Shown: positions 19,006-28,540 of the stretch, piece after piece | Position numbering within the stretch: the first letter of the stretch is position 1 | Layout: each line of letters begins with the position of its first letter | Origin: Candidatus Omnitrophota bacterium | GTDB taxonomy: Bacteria > Omnitrophota > Gorgyraeia > Gygaellales > Profunditerraquicolaceae | Length of the DNA stretch: 64,000 bases | Assembly: GCA_963805065.1 (NCBI GenBank) | Contig: CAWDSS010000010.1 | Coordinates: 728,359 to 792,358 of the forward strand | Direction: 5' to 3' | The notes under the pieces: generated by a model | Seen by the model: the letters and a program-made list of their open reading frames with translations, nothing else | Databases searched by the model: none | What the model was told of the DNA's origin: nothing | Position numbers and translations under genes: made by a program

Positions 19006-19056
19006 TTGACAGAAGTAGATTTGAATGCTATATTTTATTTGTGAACAGTTGTTCAC
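19006..19056 (+). promoter_or_regulatory. promoter (TTGACA-17-TATATT) plus palindromic TetR operator GTGAACAgtTGTTCAC
   Basis: The -35 is at 19006-19011 and the -10 at 19029-19034. A perfect 7-2-7 inverted repeat lies at 19041-19056, just upstream of the TetR gene. Confidence 0.6.
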
Positions 19057-19085
19057 TAATTAGACAATATTCATAAGGAGAGTAA

Positions 19086-19697
19086 ATGAGCGTATTAAGC
19101 AGAAAGGAAAGAGATAGGGAATTACGCAGGTCCGATATCCTGAAAGCGGCCGAGCATTTGTTTGCCTTAAAAGGTTATCACAAGGCGACAATAAGAGATA
19201 TCGCAAAAGAAGCCCAGTATGCTACCGGAACAGTTTACCTACACTTTAAGGACAAAGACGTCCTTTATTTAGCCTTGCTTGAAGAGAAAATGAAAAGTAT
19301 GTTATTTGCAGTTAAGGAAAAGATAGGGCAGGTGAAAGATGCAAGAAAGAAGCTAGAGATTTATGTGCAAGAAGGTTTAGCCTTTTTTGAAAAGAACCAG
19401 GATTTCTTCTGCATATTTATTTCTGAGGGAAATGATTTAATCTCGGAGAGAAAACTCTTAAAATCTCCCATTGGGCTACAAATGCAAGAATACACAACAA
19501 GTCTAATAAAAGAGACGCAGGAGCAGGGAGTAATTAGTAGGGATTTTGACGCGGGACAGATCGCAGAGGTATTTACCTCTATCATAAAAACGATTATACT
19601 CAAATGGCTGCAAGAGAAGGATGAGAAGGATGACAATTTTGCTGATTTGCCTGGTATAATTCTTAGATTATTCCTAAACGGTACTGCAAATAAATAA
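19086..19697 (+). CDS. TetR/AcrR family transcriptional repressor
   Basis: The N-terminal HTH (RRSDILKAAEHLFALKGYHKATIRDIAKEAQYATGTVYLHFKDKD) is canonical TetR_N. Confidence 0.85.
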   Translation: MSVLSRKERDRELRRSDILKAAEHLFALKGYHKATIRDIAKEAQYATGTVYLHFKDKDVLYLALLEEKMKSMLFAVKEKIGQVKDARKKLEIYVQEGLAFFEKNQDFFCIFISEGNDLISERKLLKSPIGLQMQEYTTSLIKETQEQGVISRDFDAGQIAEVFTSIIKTIILKWLQEKDEKDDNFADLPGIILRLFLNGTANK

Positions 19698-19750
19698 TTC
19701 CCACCGCAATACCAATTTCGGCTAGTTTACTAAAATACTAAAAAACCACC

Positions 19751-19801
19751 TTGACAAAAGCCATGATGAATGTTATAGTCTAATTGTGAACACTTGTTCA
19801 T
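19751..19801 (+). promoter_or_regulatory. promoter (TTGACA-17-TATAGT) plus second operator copy GTGAACActTGTTCAt
   Basis: It shares CACCTTGACA and the same operator geometry as 19006-19056. It precedes the efflux operon. Confidence 0.6.
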
Positions 19802-19861
19802 ATAATGACACTATGTTCAAGATAAACATTGGCTATAGTTTTTCAAGAAAGGCAGAGCACA

Positions 19862-21262
19862 ATGGAATATAGGACTTATACAGGTAGTAACAGGTTGTTT
19901 TTTCATAAGAAAATAATGGCAACACTATCCATTCTATTTTGCATTACAGTTTGTTGTCCTTATTTTGGTTATGGCGCAGAGATCGCAGGTAAACCTGAAG
20001 TAAAGAGCAGTAATGTTATTACTATCCAGGAAGGGATTGCTATGGTGCTTAAGGATAACCGTTTGATAAAAATAACGCTTTCCGATAATGACATGGCCTA
20101 TCAGGATACCTTGCTTGCTCGTTCCGTACTATTACCCCAATTAAATTTGAGCGCGGTAAAAACTTACAATCGATACCAGAATAAAATGAAATTTGGGTCT
20201 CAAGAAGTGCCTACATCTGATAAAGACCCTTTTTCTTTCGGGGTAGATGTTTACCAGACTTTATTCGATTTTGGTAAAAGTCTTTCGAATTATCATGCCT
20301 CAAAAGACTTGTTTAAGGCAACAAAGGCGCATACCGAAAGCGTAAAGAAGGTAGCTACGCTTGAATTTATCGTTGCCTATTTTAATTTTTTGGAAACGGA
20401 GAAAATGATCACAGTTTCTGAGAAAGAAGTAGAAAGCCTTGCCTCTTACCTTAAAGATATGGAACATCTTTATGAACAGGGGAGCGTGGTTAAAAACGAT
20501 TTATTACCTGCCAAGGTAAAGCTTTCTGACGCTGAACAAAAACTCATTAGCGCGCAGAATGAATTAGAAATCGCAAGGGCGAGATTAAATAATATTCTCG
20601 CTCTTCCCCTAAGAGAGAATACTGAAGCTCAGGATATACAAATGGAGTCGCCAGAGTTGCCTGAAATGGAGGATGCCTGGGCAACTGCACAGTCTCAAAG
20701 GCCGGAAGTTGCCTTTTATGCCGATCAGATAAATGCATCGGTTTCGGCCGAAAGAGCAAAAGCAGTGGAGAACTTTCCTGTTCTTTTTGCTGATGGAGGC
20801 TACAGCTACTCACAGAATAAATACCAAGTTCACGAGGATAATCTATCGGCGAGTCTTGGGGTAAAGATGAACTTTTATGATGGTGGAGCTGCTCGGGCAG
20901 AACTATTAAAAGAGCGCTCGCGGCAGAAACAGCTAAAAGAACAAAAAGATAAGATTATCGATGACATAAAATTTGAAGTTGAGGATAGCTATTATAGTTT
21001 GAAGAACGCCTGCAAAAAAATAGCTGTTGTTAAAGATGCTGTCGAGCAGGCGGATGAAAACGTGCGCGCTTACCGGGTAAAATATATGGCCGGAAGCGCA
21101 ACTTCAACAGATGTACTTGAGGCAATAGCTCTTCAGACCAGGGCGCAAACAAATTATTACAGCGCTGATTATGAGTTAAAACGCAATTATGCAAAGCTTG
21201 AATACTCTATAGGTATGGATCTTTTATCCATTTATGAAAAGTTGGGAAAGGAGATTAAATGA
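19862..21262 (+). CDS. TolC-family outer membrane efflux protein
   Basis: It has a signal-like N-terminus and a two-repeat helical/beta pattern, and is the first gene of an OMP-HlyD-MFS operon. The ATG at 19862 is preferred over the track TTG at 19829. Confidence 0.8.
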   Translation: MEYRTYTGSNRLFFHKKIMATLSILFCITVCCPYFGYGAEIAGKPEVKSSNVITIQEGIAMVLKDNRLIKITLSDNDMAYQDTLLARSVLLPQLNLSAVKTYNRYQNKMKFGSQEVPTSDKDPFSFGVDVYQTLFDFGKSLSNYHASKDLFKATKAHTESVKKVATLEFIVAYFNFLETEKMITVSEKEVESLASYLKDMEHLYEQGSVVKNDLLPAKVKLSDAEQKLISAQNELEIARARLNNILALPLRENTEAQDIQMESPELPEMEDAWATAQSQRPEVAFYADQINASVSAERAKAVENFPVLFADGGYSYSQNKYQVHEDNLSASLGVKMNFYDGGAARAELLKERSRQKQLKEQKDKIIDDIKFEVEDSYYSLKNACKKIAVVKDAVEQADENVRAYRVKYMAGSATSTDVLEAIALQTRAQTNYYSADYELKRNYAKLEYSIGMDLLSIYEKLGKEIK

Positions 21263-22119
21263 GTTTGCCAAAACCTAAAGTAAAAAAGTTAGTAATTTTT
21301 ATCGCTATCGGCATTTTAGCCGCGATTATAGGCGGTAGGTATGTTATCAGTAGTTTTAATGTGGTTGAGACCGATGACGCATACATAGAAGGCAGGATCC
21401 ATAATATTGCGCCTAAGATTCCCGGAACGGTCAAGGTGGTAAAGATTGAGGATAATCAGAAAGTCAAAGAAGGTGATCTCCTTATTGAAATCGATCCTGT
21501 AGATTATGAGTTGAGAGTTAGCGAGGCGCAGGCAGGTTTAGATATGCGCAAGGCCTCATTTGAACAAGCCTCGCGCGATAAGGATCGCGCAGCAGCTCTC
21601 TATAAGGAAGAGGTGCTTCCAAAAGAGAAGTATGAGAATGTCCTTACTGCTTATAATCTGGCAAAAGCTCAAGTTGAGACTGCCGAAGCGCAGCTTAGTA
21701 TAACTAAAAGGAATCTGGAGTATACGAAGATATTCGCTCCTTCTGATGGCCATGTGACTAAAAAATCTGTTGAGATTGGCAATCAGGTGCAGCCTGGGCA
21801 GCCGCTTATGGCAATTGTCCCGGACGATATGTGGGTCGTGGCGAACTTTAAGGAAACGCAATTGACTCATATGCGTCCCGGACAAGAAGTAACAATCCGG
21901 ATGGATGTGTATCCGGGGAAAGTGTTTAAAGCTCATGTGGATAGCATCCAACGCGGAACAGGAGCTAAATTCAGCCTGTTCCCCCCGGAGAACGCCGCCG
22001 GTAATTTTGTCAAAGTTGTTCAGCGCATCCCCGTGAAGATCGTCTTTGATGAAAAAACTGACCAAGAACATCCACTTAGTATAGGTATGTCCGTCATCCC
22101 GAAGGTAGAGATACGCTGA
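21259..22119 (+). CDS. HlyD/EmrA-family membrane fusion protein
   Basis: It has an N-terminal TM and a biotinyl-lipoyl-like motif (IAPKIPGTVKVVKIEDNQKVKEGDLLIEIDPVDY). It overlaps both neighbouring genes. Confidence 0.85.
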   Translation: MSLPKPKVKKLVIFIAIGILAAIIGGRYVISSFNVVETDDAYIEGRIHNIAPKIPGTVKVVKIEDNQKVKEGDLLIEIDPVDYELRVSEAQAGLDMRKASFEQASRDKDRAAALYKEEVLPKEKYENVLTAYNLAKAQVETAEAQLSITKRNLEYTKIFAPSDGHVTKKSVEIGNQVQPGQPLMAIVPDDMWVVANFKETQLTHMRPGQEVTIRMDVYPGKVFKAHVDSIQRGTGAKFSLFPPENAAGNFVKVVQRIPVKIVFDEKTDQEHPLSIGMSVIPKVEIR

Positions 22120-23648
22120 TGCAGAACGATACCGCGAGCGAATCCTGGCGTCCTTCGCACAACCCCTGGCTGGCATGTGCCGCCGTCATGTTGGCGACGA
22201 CCCTGGAGGTTTTGGATACTACTATCACAAACGTTGCTTTGCCGCATATTGCTGGTAATCTTGGTGTAACTCCCCACGAAGCAACATGGGTAATAACTAG
22301 CTATCTTGTTTCAAACGCGATAATTTTACCTGCTGCCGCTTGGTTTAGCGGCTTCTTCGGCAGAAAGCGGATCCTCATGATCTGCACGGTTGTCTTTACG
22401 CTGGCATCTTTACTGTGCGGCGTAGCAGGCAGCCTTGGTTTTTTACTTTTCGCCCGGATTTTGCAAGGAGTGGGCGGAGGGGCATTGATGCCCATATCGC
22501 AGGCGGTATTGCTCGAAAGTTTCCCCAGAGAGAAACAAGGTATGGCAATGGCAGCCTTTGGGATGTGCGTTGTGCTTGCGCCCGTAGTCGGTCCTGTTAT
22601 AGGAGGGTGGCTTACCGATAATTATAACTGGCGCTGGATATTTTTTATTAATCTGCCAATAGGGATAATGGCGCTCCTGATGACCAATATCTTTGTTGAG
22701 GATCCGCCGTATATTAAAAAGGATAATACCATGATCGACTACGTCGGATTCCTCCTCATGGCGATAGGGCTGGGGACTCTTCAGATTGTGCTCGATAAAG
22801 GGCAGGAGGTCGATTGGTTCCAGGCATCGTGGCTTTGCAGAGCAAGCATAGTAGTTGTGGTAGCGCTTATAGCATTCGTCTTATGGGAATTGCGCGCAAA
22901 AAACCCTGTGGTCAATCTAAAGATATTTAAAGACAGGAATTTTTCCGCGGGAATGATATCCACCACTCTTATCGGCGCATGTATGTACGGTACTATGACC
23001 TTGATTACGCTATTTTATCAAACTCTACTTGGATATACCGCTTATCTGGGCGGTCTGGTAACGTCACCGCTTGGGATAGGTTGTTTTGTTGCTGCTTTGA
23101 CCGTTGGATACTTAAGCAACCGTTTCGATAACCGGATATTGTTCGTGTCAGGACTACTGATATTAGGGCTGGCGAGTTTTGGTATGGGGAACATTAATCT
23201 CGAGATCAGCATGCAAAGCAAGCTATTCGTTACTATCGCCATTGGTTTTGGTCTTATGATGTCTTTTATCCCATTAAGTATGTTGGCCGTAGGACATCTT
23301 GACAAAAAAGACATGGGAAATGGCACCGGGCTTTTCAATCTTATGAGAAATATAGGGGGCAGCATAGGTATAGCCGTGACTACGACGATGCTTTCGCGCA
23401 TGGGACAAGTGCACCAGACATTCCTTTCCGGCCATATTACGCCGTACGACTCTGTCTATCAAGAGACGTCTAAAGCGATGGGTCCGCGAATGGCGAACGG
23501 GCTTATTTACAGAGGTTTATTAGGCCAATCCGCGCTTCTTGCTTACATAGATAGTTTTTATTTGTTTGGCACCATAGCCATCGTATGCATATTTACAGTA
23601 TTCCTTTTTCGTAAGGTAAAAAGCACAGAGACGGTTATGGTTCATTAG
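22119..23648 (+). CDS. MFS drug efflux transporter, DHA2 (EmrB/QacA-like, 14-TMS type)
   Basis: 509 aa with the motifs LDTTITNVALPHI and GRKRILM, and many TM segments. Confidence 0.85.
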   Translation: MQNDTASESWRPSHNPWLACAAVMLATTLEVLDTTITNVALPHIAGNLGVTPHEATWVITSYLVSNAIILPAAAWFSGFFGRKRILMICTVVFTLASLLCGVAGSLGFLLFARILQGVGGGALMPISQAVLLESFPREKQGMAMAAFGMCVVLAPVVGPVIGGWLTDNYNWRWIFFINLPIGIMALLMTNIFVEDPPYIKKDNTMIDYVGFLLMAIGLGTLQIVLDKGQEVDWFQASWLCRASIVVVVALIAFVLWELRAKNPVVNLKIFKDRNFSAGMISTTLIGACMYGTMTLITLFYQTLLGYTAYLGGLVTSPLGIGCFVAALTVGYLSNRFDNRILFVSGLLILGLASFGMGNINLEISMQSKLFVTIAIGFGLMMSFIPLSMLAVGHLDKKDMGNGTGLFNLMRNIGGSIGIAVTTTMLSRMGQVHQTFLSGHITPYDSVYQETSKAMGPRMANGLIYRGLLGQSALLAYIDSFYLFGTIAIVCIFTVFLFRKVKSTETVMVH

Positions 23649-23676
23649 CAAGTCGTTTTTAACTGAAGAGATCCTA

Positions 23677-24225
23677 ATGAACGGAGATAGGAAGGAAAAT
23701 TTGGAATATATCTTAGATCAAATAGAATACGGCGTTATTGTGGCTAATAGGAAAACCCTGAAAATTATTAGGATTAACGAAGCAGCCAGGAAAATGTTTG
23801 CCCTCACTGAGATTGACGATAATTTTAATATGGTTTCATATATACAGAGCAAATTTAGAATTAATGTCAGCGACAACAGGTATTTTTATTTTGAAGGCGA
23901 GTCATCGGATACCTGCAATCGCGTTTTTGAAGTATATACGAAATTCATAGATAGTCTTGTTGCCGGAGAAGTGGATATGATTGTAGCGATTATCCGGGAA
24001 GTTACGGATATCAAGGCACAGGAGTCAAAAAGGCGGAATTTCCTGCAGGTTGTATCGTATAAATTAATAGCGCAAATAACCGAAGCAAAGTCTTCCCTTG
24101 CCTTATTAAAAGGAGAGGGTGTTATAGAAGAGCGGGAGCAGTCCTTAAAAGCACTGTGCGAACGTTTTAAAAAAATAGATGGACTGACTAAGGCATTATT
24201 AACATTTACGCTGTCGTTAAGATAA
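23677..24225 (+). CDS. PAS-like sensor domain protein
   Basis: The N-terminal LDQIEYGVIVANRKTLKIIRINEAARKMF resembles the start of a PAS fold. The gene abuts the HD-GYP gene (TAATG junction). Confidence 0.4.
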   Translation: MNGDRKENLEYILDQIEYGVIVANRKTLKIIRINEAARKMFALTEIDDNFNMVSYIQSKFRINVSDNRYFYFEGESSDTCNRVFEVYTKFIDSLVAGEVDMIVAIIREVTDIKAQESKRRNFLQVVSYKLIAQITEAKSSLALLKGEGVIEEREQSLKALCERFKKIDGLTKALLTFTLSLR

Positions 24226-24800
24226 TGGAAGATGCGGATCTAACATATGTAATTACAAGGTTATCGAATAAAAGCGAACCTGTTTTCGTTCACGGAAAAC
24301 GAGTTGCCAAACTTGCCTGTGCTATCGCTAAGATAATGGATTATTCTGATGGAGAGATTAAGCTGATTAATCAATCCGCAGTGGTGCATGATATTGGCAA
24401 ACTCGGGTTGCCTGCAGATATAGTAAATAAACCAGGTACGCTTAACAGCGAAGAGCTTGTTATAATCCAGAAACATCCGGAGCTAGGATACTCTATCCTG
24501 AAGCAGATTACAAAATCAGAATCCGTTATTACCAAAGTCGCGCTTCAGCATCATGAAAGACTGAATGGTTCGGGATATCCTTTCGGCTTGTGTGCCAAGG
24601 ATATTAATCCTGTCACGAGAATAATCTCGGTTGCCGATGTGGTTGATACTATGATTTCTCCACAGGTATATAGGCCAGCATTGAGTATGGATGAAGCTCT
24701 GAAGGAGATTAAGCAAAACAGCGGTTTGTCGTATGATTCAGAAGTTGTCAATGCGGCTTTGGTAATTATTGAAGTGCAGAAATTCAGTTTTAATCTATGA
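24225..24800 (+). CDS. HD-GYP domain phosphodiesterase
   Basis: It carries HDIGK and the HHERLNGSGYP signature. Confidence 0.8.
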   Translation: MEDADLTYVITRLSNKSEPVFVHGKRVAKLACAIAKIMDYSDGEIKLINQSAVVHDIGKLGLPADIVNKPGTLNSEELVIIQKHPELGYSILKQITKSESVITKVALQHHERLNGSGYPFGLCAKDINPVTRIISVADVVDTMISPQVYRPALSMDEALKEIKQNSGLSYDSEVVNAALVIIEVQKFSFNL

Positions 24801-24804
24801 AACA

Positions 24805-25992
24805 ATGCTAAAGCGTTTTCACTGGCTGATCGTAAGCGTTTTTCTTATCTCCGGATGCGCGAGCGTGCGGCACGCCGTCCCGCCAGATTTATTAAGCAGC
24901 GCGCGGTTTTCCGGCATGCAGGATATCCGGGCATTCAGCGGTATCCCAAGTGATTCTTTTAAGAAGGATTTCGTTAAATTGTTGGAACAGGAAGAAAAAG
25001 AAGAATCTTCTTTTTTCAATTTCAAGATTAACCGAACTTATTATATGCTTGCTATTTCAGGAGGTGCGGCAAATGGTGCTTATGGCGCGGGGTTGCTGAA
25101 CGGATGGTCACAATCGGGCACACGTCCGGTTTTTAAGGTAGTTACCGGTATAAGTACCGGAGGGATGATTGCGCCGCTTGCCTTTTTAGGGAGTAGATAT
25201 GATAATAAACTGAGGGAATTCTACACAAAATATTCGACGAAAGATATTGTACGAATACGGATTCCATTTAGCAATTCCTTTGCAAGTGCCCGGCCATTAG
25301 AGCGTCTTATTGAGCGGTATTTTGATGCAGAATTGTTAAAAGAGATAGCTATCGAATACAACAAAGGCCGCAGGCTTTATGTGGGAACGACTAATCTGGA
25401 TGCGCAGCGGCTTGTTATCTGGGATATGGGGAAAATTGCATCTATGGGCGATGATAATGCCCTAAGGTTGTTCCGAAAGGTCATTTTAGCATCGGCATCC
25501 ATCCCGATTGTATTTCCGCCGGTCTATTTAAATGTAGAGGTCAATGATAAAGCGTATGATGAGATGCACGTTGATGGCGGAGTAATGAAGCAGATATTTT
25601 TTCTTTATGATGTTGCCCAAGGTATCGAGAAAGCAGCCAGAGAAAAAGGAATAGATGTTTCTAAAATGCAATACAAAATTTATATTATTAGAAATGGTTA
25701 TGCAGATGCCGTTTGGAAAGAGGTTCCGGATAAACTTTCTTCTATAGCCGGACGCACTATTGATACGATGGTTAATGCTCAAAGCGTCGGAGATATTTAT
25801 CAATTGTATGCCTTTACAAAGTTAGGTAAAGGTGATTTTAATCTTGCCTATATCCCGGCAACCCATGTATCGAAAGCAAAAGAGCTCTTTGACCCTGTTG
25901 AAATGCGGGAACTTTTTGACTTAGGCTTTAAAGAGGCATCACAAGGATATCCTTGGAGAAAAAAGCCTCCCGGATTAGAAGAATTGAATTAA
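24805..25992 (+). CDS. patatin-like phospholipase, predicted lipoprotein
   Basis: It has a lipobox (LISGC), an oxyanion motif (SGGAANGAYGAG), the nucleophile GISTG and the catalytic DGG (HVDGGV). The ATG at 24805 is preferred over the track TTG at 24769. Confidence 0.8.
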   Translation: MLKRFHWLIVSVFLISGCASVRHAVPPDLLSSARFSGMQDIRAFSGIPSDSFKKDFVKLLEQEEKEESSFFNFKINRTYYMLAISGGAANGAYGAGLLNGWSQSGTRPVFKVVTGISTGGMIAPLAFLGSRYDNKLREFYTKYSTKDIVRIRIPFSNSFASARPLERLIERYFDAELLKEIAIEYNKGRRLYVGTTNLDAQRLVIWDMGKIASMGDDNALRLFRKVILASASIPIVFPPVYLNVEVNDKAYDEMHVDGGVMKQIFFLYDVAQGIEKAAREKGIDVSKMQYKIYIIRNGYADAVWKEVPDKLSSIAGRTIDTMVNAQSVGDIYQLYAFTKLGKGDFNLAYIPATHVSKAKELFDPVEMRELFDLGFKEASQGYPWRKKPPGLEELN

Positions 25993-26015
25993 GATAGACG
26001 CTGTAATAAAGGGAG

Positions 26016-26774
26016 ATGATGCGGAAGGGGTATTTTTATATAGCAAATAAGAATAATAACGGTAAAAGAACAGGGCTGATTTTTGTTCTTAATATCGGCG
26101 ACAGAAGACTTTTAAAGTTATCTACATTAAAATATATTTATAAAGACAACAGTATTCTCGTTGTTTTTACACCGGTTTCCAGCAATGAAGTCGGCGTTCT
26201 AAAGAAGCATTTGAAACAAGAGAAGTTTTTCCACAAATCCTTTGATACCGAAATTTGCAGATTGCTCGGGGAGATTATTTCCGGGATGCTGAAACCGGAT
26301 ATTGGTATGGATCTTGTTATTAGAGAGCTGACCGAAAAGCAAAATAAGGATTATAAAAATTTTGAATATAAGTGTTACGATAAGGTGTATATTCCCGGTA
26401 CTACCCCAATGAAACGGAGCAATGAAATCGAGGTGAATAACCACAAAATAAAACTCGGCGACTCGGTATTTAAGCTGTTTCTACGGCTTGTGCTGGAATT
26501 GAAAAAGGAGAAACAGGGATGGGTTAACAGGCATAGTCTGGGCTCAGACAGCATAATTGCGGATGTCGAGAAATTTCAGATTTACAGCAATCTCAGGACG
26601 GCTTTGCAGGGAAGCCTGCTGGATAAAGACGGTCAGAAGTTTATTGAGAATAACGGCTCAAAGCAGTATCGCATATCACTTCACCCCGATTTTATCGCCT
26701 ACGACAGAGAGAAACTCCTCAAACACCCCGATAGCAGTATTCAAAACCTCGCCAGAAAATTAACCCCAATATAA
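26016..26774 (+). CDS. hypothetical protein with possible C-terminal OmpR-type winged helix
   Basis: The segment HKIKLGDSVFKLFLRLVLELKKEKQGWVNRHSL...YSNLRTAL resembles the trans_reg_C pattern. This is weak. Confidence 0.35.
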   Translation: MMRKGYFYIANKNNNGKRTGLIFVLNIGDRRLLKLSTLKYIYKDNSILVVFTPVSSNEVGVLKKHLKQEKFFHKSFDTEICRLLGEIISGMLKPDIGMDLVIRELTEKQNKDYKNFEYKCYDKVYIPGTTPMKRSNEIEVNNHKIKLGDSVFKLFLRLVLELKKEKQGWVNRHSLGSDSIIADVEKFQIYSNLRTALQGSLLDKDGQKFIENNGSKQYRISLHPDFIAYDREKLLKHPDSSIQNLARKLTPI

Positions 26775-26802
26775 TTTGAACTTTGGAAGACAAAAATAAA
26801 TG

Positions 26803-26831
26803 TTGACAATGTTCGCTAACAATGATAACAT
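26803..26831 (+). promoter_or_regulatory. promoter TTGACA-17-TAACAT giving a probably leaderless mRNA
   Basis: The -10 ends 6 nt before the ATG at 26838 and no SD is present. A TGTTcgctAACA inverted repeat lies inside the spacer. Confidence 0.5.
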
Positions 26832-26837
26832 CTGTCT

Positions 26838-28082
26838 ATGCAAATTGGGGAGAAGATAAAAAGCGAGCGAATAAAGAAGAAAATATCTCTTAGAGAGTTC
26901 TCGCGTAAATTAGAGATTTCAGCTGCCTATCTCGTTGATATTGAAAAAGGAAGGAGACCGCCTAACCATGAACTACTACAAAAGATCTCTGATTTACTCG
27001 ATATTCCTGTATCCACACTTAATAAGTATAATTTAGAGATGCCAAAACACATACGCGATTGGATTGAAAAGCACCCTTTTTTCTCGAGACTCTTTAAATT
27101 TGCTTTAAAGCAGCCAGATCCCTTCAAGACAATTGAAGATATTGAGGCTGCATTGCCCGTTGTTAGTCAGCAAGTTAGCTTCGCGGCAATTTATGAATCC
27201 GAGTTGCAAGCAATAGGGCTGGAGAGTTCCTCATGGGAAACTGAAACGGGTGGGGACCTGTTTGGGGTTTGGCAGGATATCCCGATTATCTATTTAGCGA
27301 CTAGGGTCGGTCAGAAAGCCATCAGAAGTAATGCTCATTTTAGATTAGACGTCGACTATTTGATTAAAATCAGCTCAGAATTAAGCAGCGAATGGGGATT
27401 ACGTTACTTTGGTGACTGGCATTCGCATCATAAGCTAGGATTATACTCTCCAAGTACTGGTGATCGCGAGAGGGTTAAACGGCTGGCAGAGAAGAATAAT
27501 TTCAGAGAGATGATAGAATTTGTAGCGACTTTTTCAAATGAATCAAAAAAGAACAGGGTTATCCAGGTTCACCCATTTATCTACAAAAATTTTCCTGCCA
27601 CAGACCCTTCTGAATTGTCTTTGATTGTTCTAAGAGGCTTAAGCCCAGTCAGAGAGGCGCTGATGGCCAGGAAAAAAATGCCAGAACAGCAGTTAGATTC
27701 ATATTCGATATTTCAGATAGATAAAATAGGGCTTCCAAAAGAACAGCTTGGCCGTGTATCCGGAAATGAAGGTAATCCACAAAAAATAATATCCGATAAA
27801 GTACTATTAAACGCAGGAATAGAATTTAAGCGCGTTTCCTCTAAAGATATTGAAATACACCAGACTGAGTTTGGCCATATTCTTGTTGTGCCTGTCAGAG
27901 ACGAGCAGCATATCGCATTTGCATTAGACAATACTTGGCCTCATAAGGTATTACAGGTTGATTGGATTGACAGAAAAACAGGTAAATCTACCGAGCTGGA
28001 TATAAAAGAAACTGAATTGTCCTTAGTGAATTTGGATAAGATGATCCAGTGCTATAAATCAGTTAAAGAGAGTAGGGCATGA
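26838..28082 (+). CDS. XRE-family HTH fused to a JAB/MPN (JAMM) metallopeptidase domain (Cap3-like)
   Basis: The N-terminal HTH is ISLREFSRKLEISAAYLVDIEKGRR. The JAMM elements are ETGGDLFG and GDWHSHHKLGLYSPSTGD (HxH...SxxD, with one extra spacer residue). Confidence 0.8.
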   Translation: MQIGEKIKSERIKKKISLREFSRKLEISAAYLVDIEKGRRPPNHELLQKISDLLDIPVSTLNKYNLEMPKHIRDWIEKHPFFSRLFKFALKQPDPFKTIEDIEAALPVVSQQVSFAAIYESELQAIGLESSSWETETGGDLFGVWQDIPIIYLATRVGQKAIRSNAHFRLDVDYLIKISSELSSEWGLRYFGDWHSHHKLGLYSPSTGDRERVKRLAEKNNFREMIEFVATFSNESKKNRVIQVHPFIYKNFPATDPSELSLIVLRGLSPVREALMARKKMPEQQLDSYSIFQIDKIGLPKEQLGRVSGNEGNPQKIISDKVLLNAGIEFKRVSSKDIEIHQTEFGHILVVPVRDEQHIAFALDNTWPHKVLQVDWIDRKTGKSTELDIKETELSLVNLDKMIQCYKSVKESRA

Positions 28083-28531
28083 CTTTATTAGAAAGGCTAA
28101 ATTTAGAAAATCAAATATTAATCCGGGATGGGATGTCTCAGTTTTTGATTAAATATTATCAGCCTGATAATTTTTATTACATTTATGGAGATTACACATC
28201 TAATAGCGGAAGGAGCTATACGATTTGGTGCAGAATACCGGATTATTATCCAACCGTCTGCCCCAAGGTTTATGTCCATAAGCCTAATCCTTTGATCGGC
28301 TATGGGGGTGTTTCCATAAATAGCTATAAAGTATCTCATAATATGCATACTTTGGATAATGACAGCAGTGGCGAAGTCCAGATTTGCCATTGGAGACAAA
28401 GTCGATGGGATAGCAGCATTACCTTGAATAAGGTAATGCTAAAAGCAATGTTATGGTTTGAAGCTTTTGAGCAACACCTTGCAACAGGCCAGCCTATAGA
28501 CAATTTTGTATCTACCATGAGGGAAGCGTAG
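28079..28531 (+). CDS. stand-alone E2-like (UBC-fold) protein
   Basis: An HPN-like flap (VHKPNP) is followed by a candidate catalytic Cys in GEVQICHWRQSRW. The start overlaps the JAB gene's stop (ATGA). Confidence 0.65.
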   Translation: MTLLERLNLENQILIRDGMSQFLIKYYQPDNFYYIYGDYTSNSGRSYTIWCRIPDYYPTVCPKVYVHKPNPLIGYGGVSINSYKVSHNMHTLDNDSSGEVQICHWRQSRWDSSITLNKVMLKAMLWFEAFEQHLATGQPIDNFVSTMREA

Positions 28532-28540
28532 GGGTGAAAG

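Noticed and set aside
21556-22176. 206-aa ORF antisense to the HlyD-family gene
   Set aside because: The sense strand has clear HlyD motifs and operon context. The antisense product has no motif and a skewed composition.
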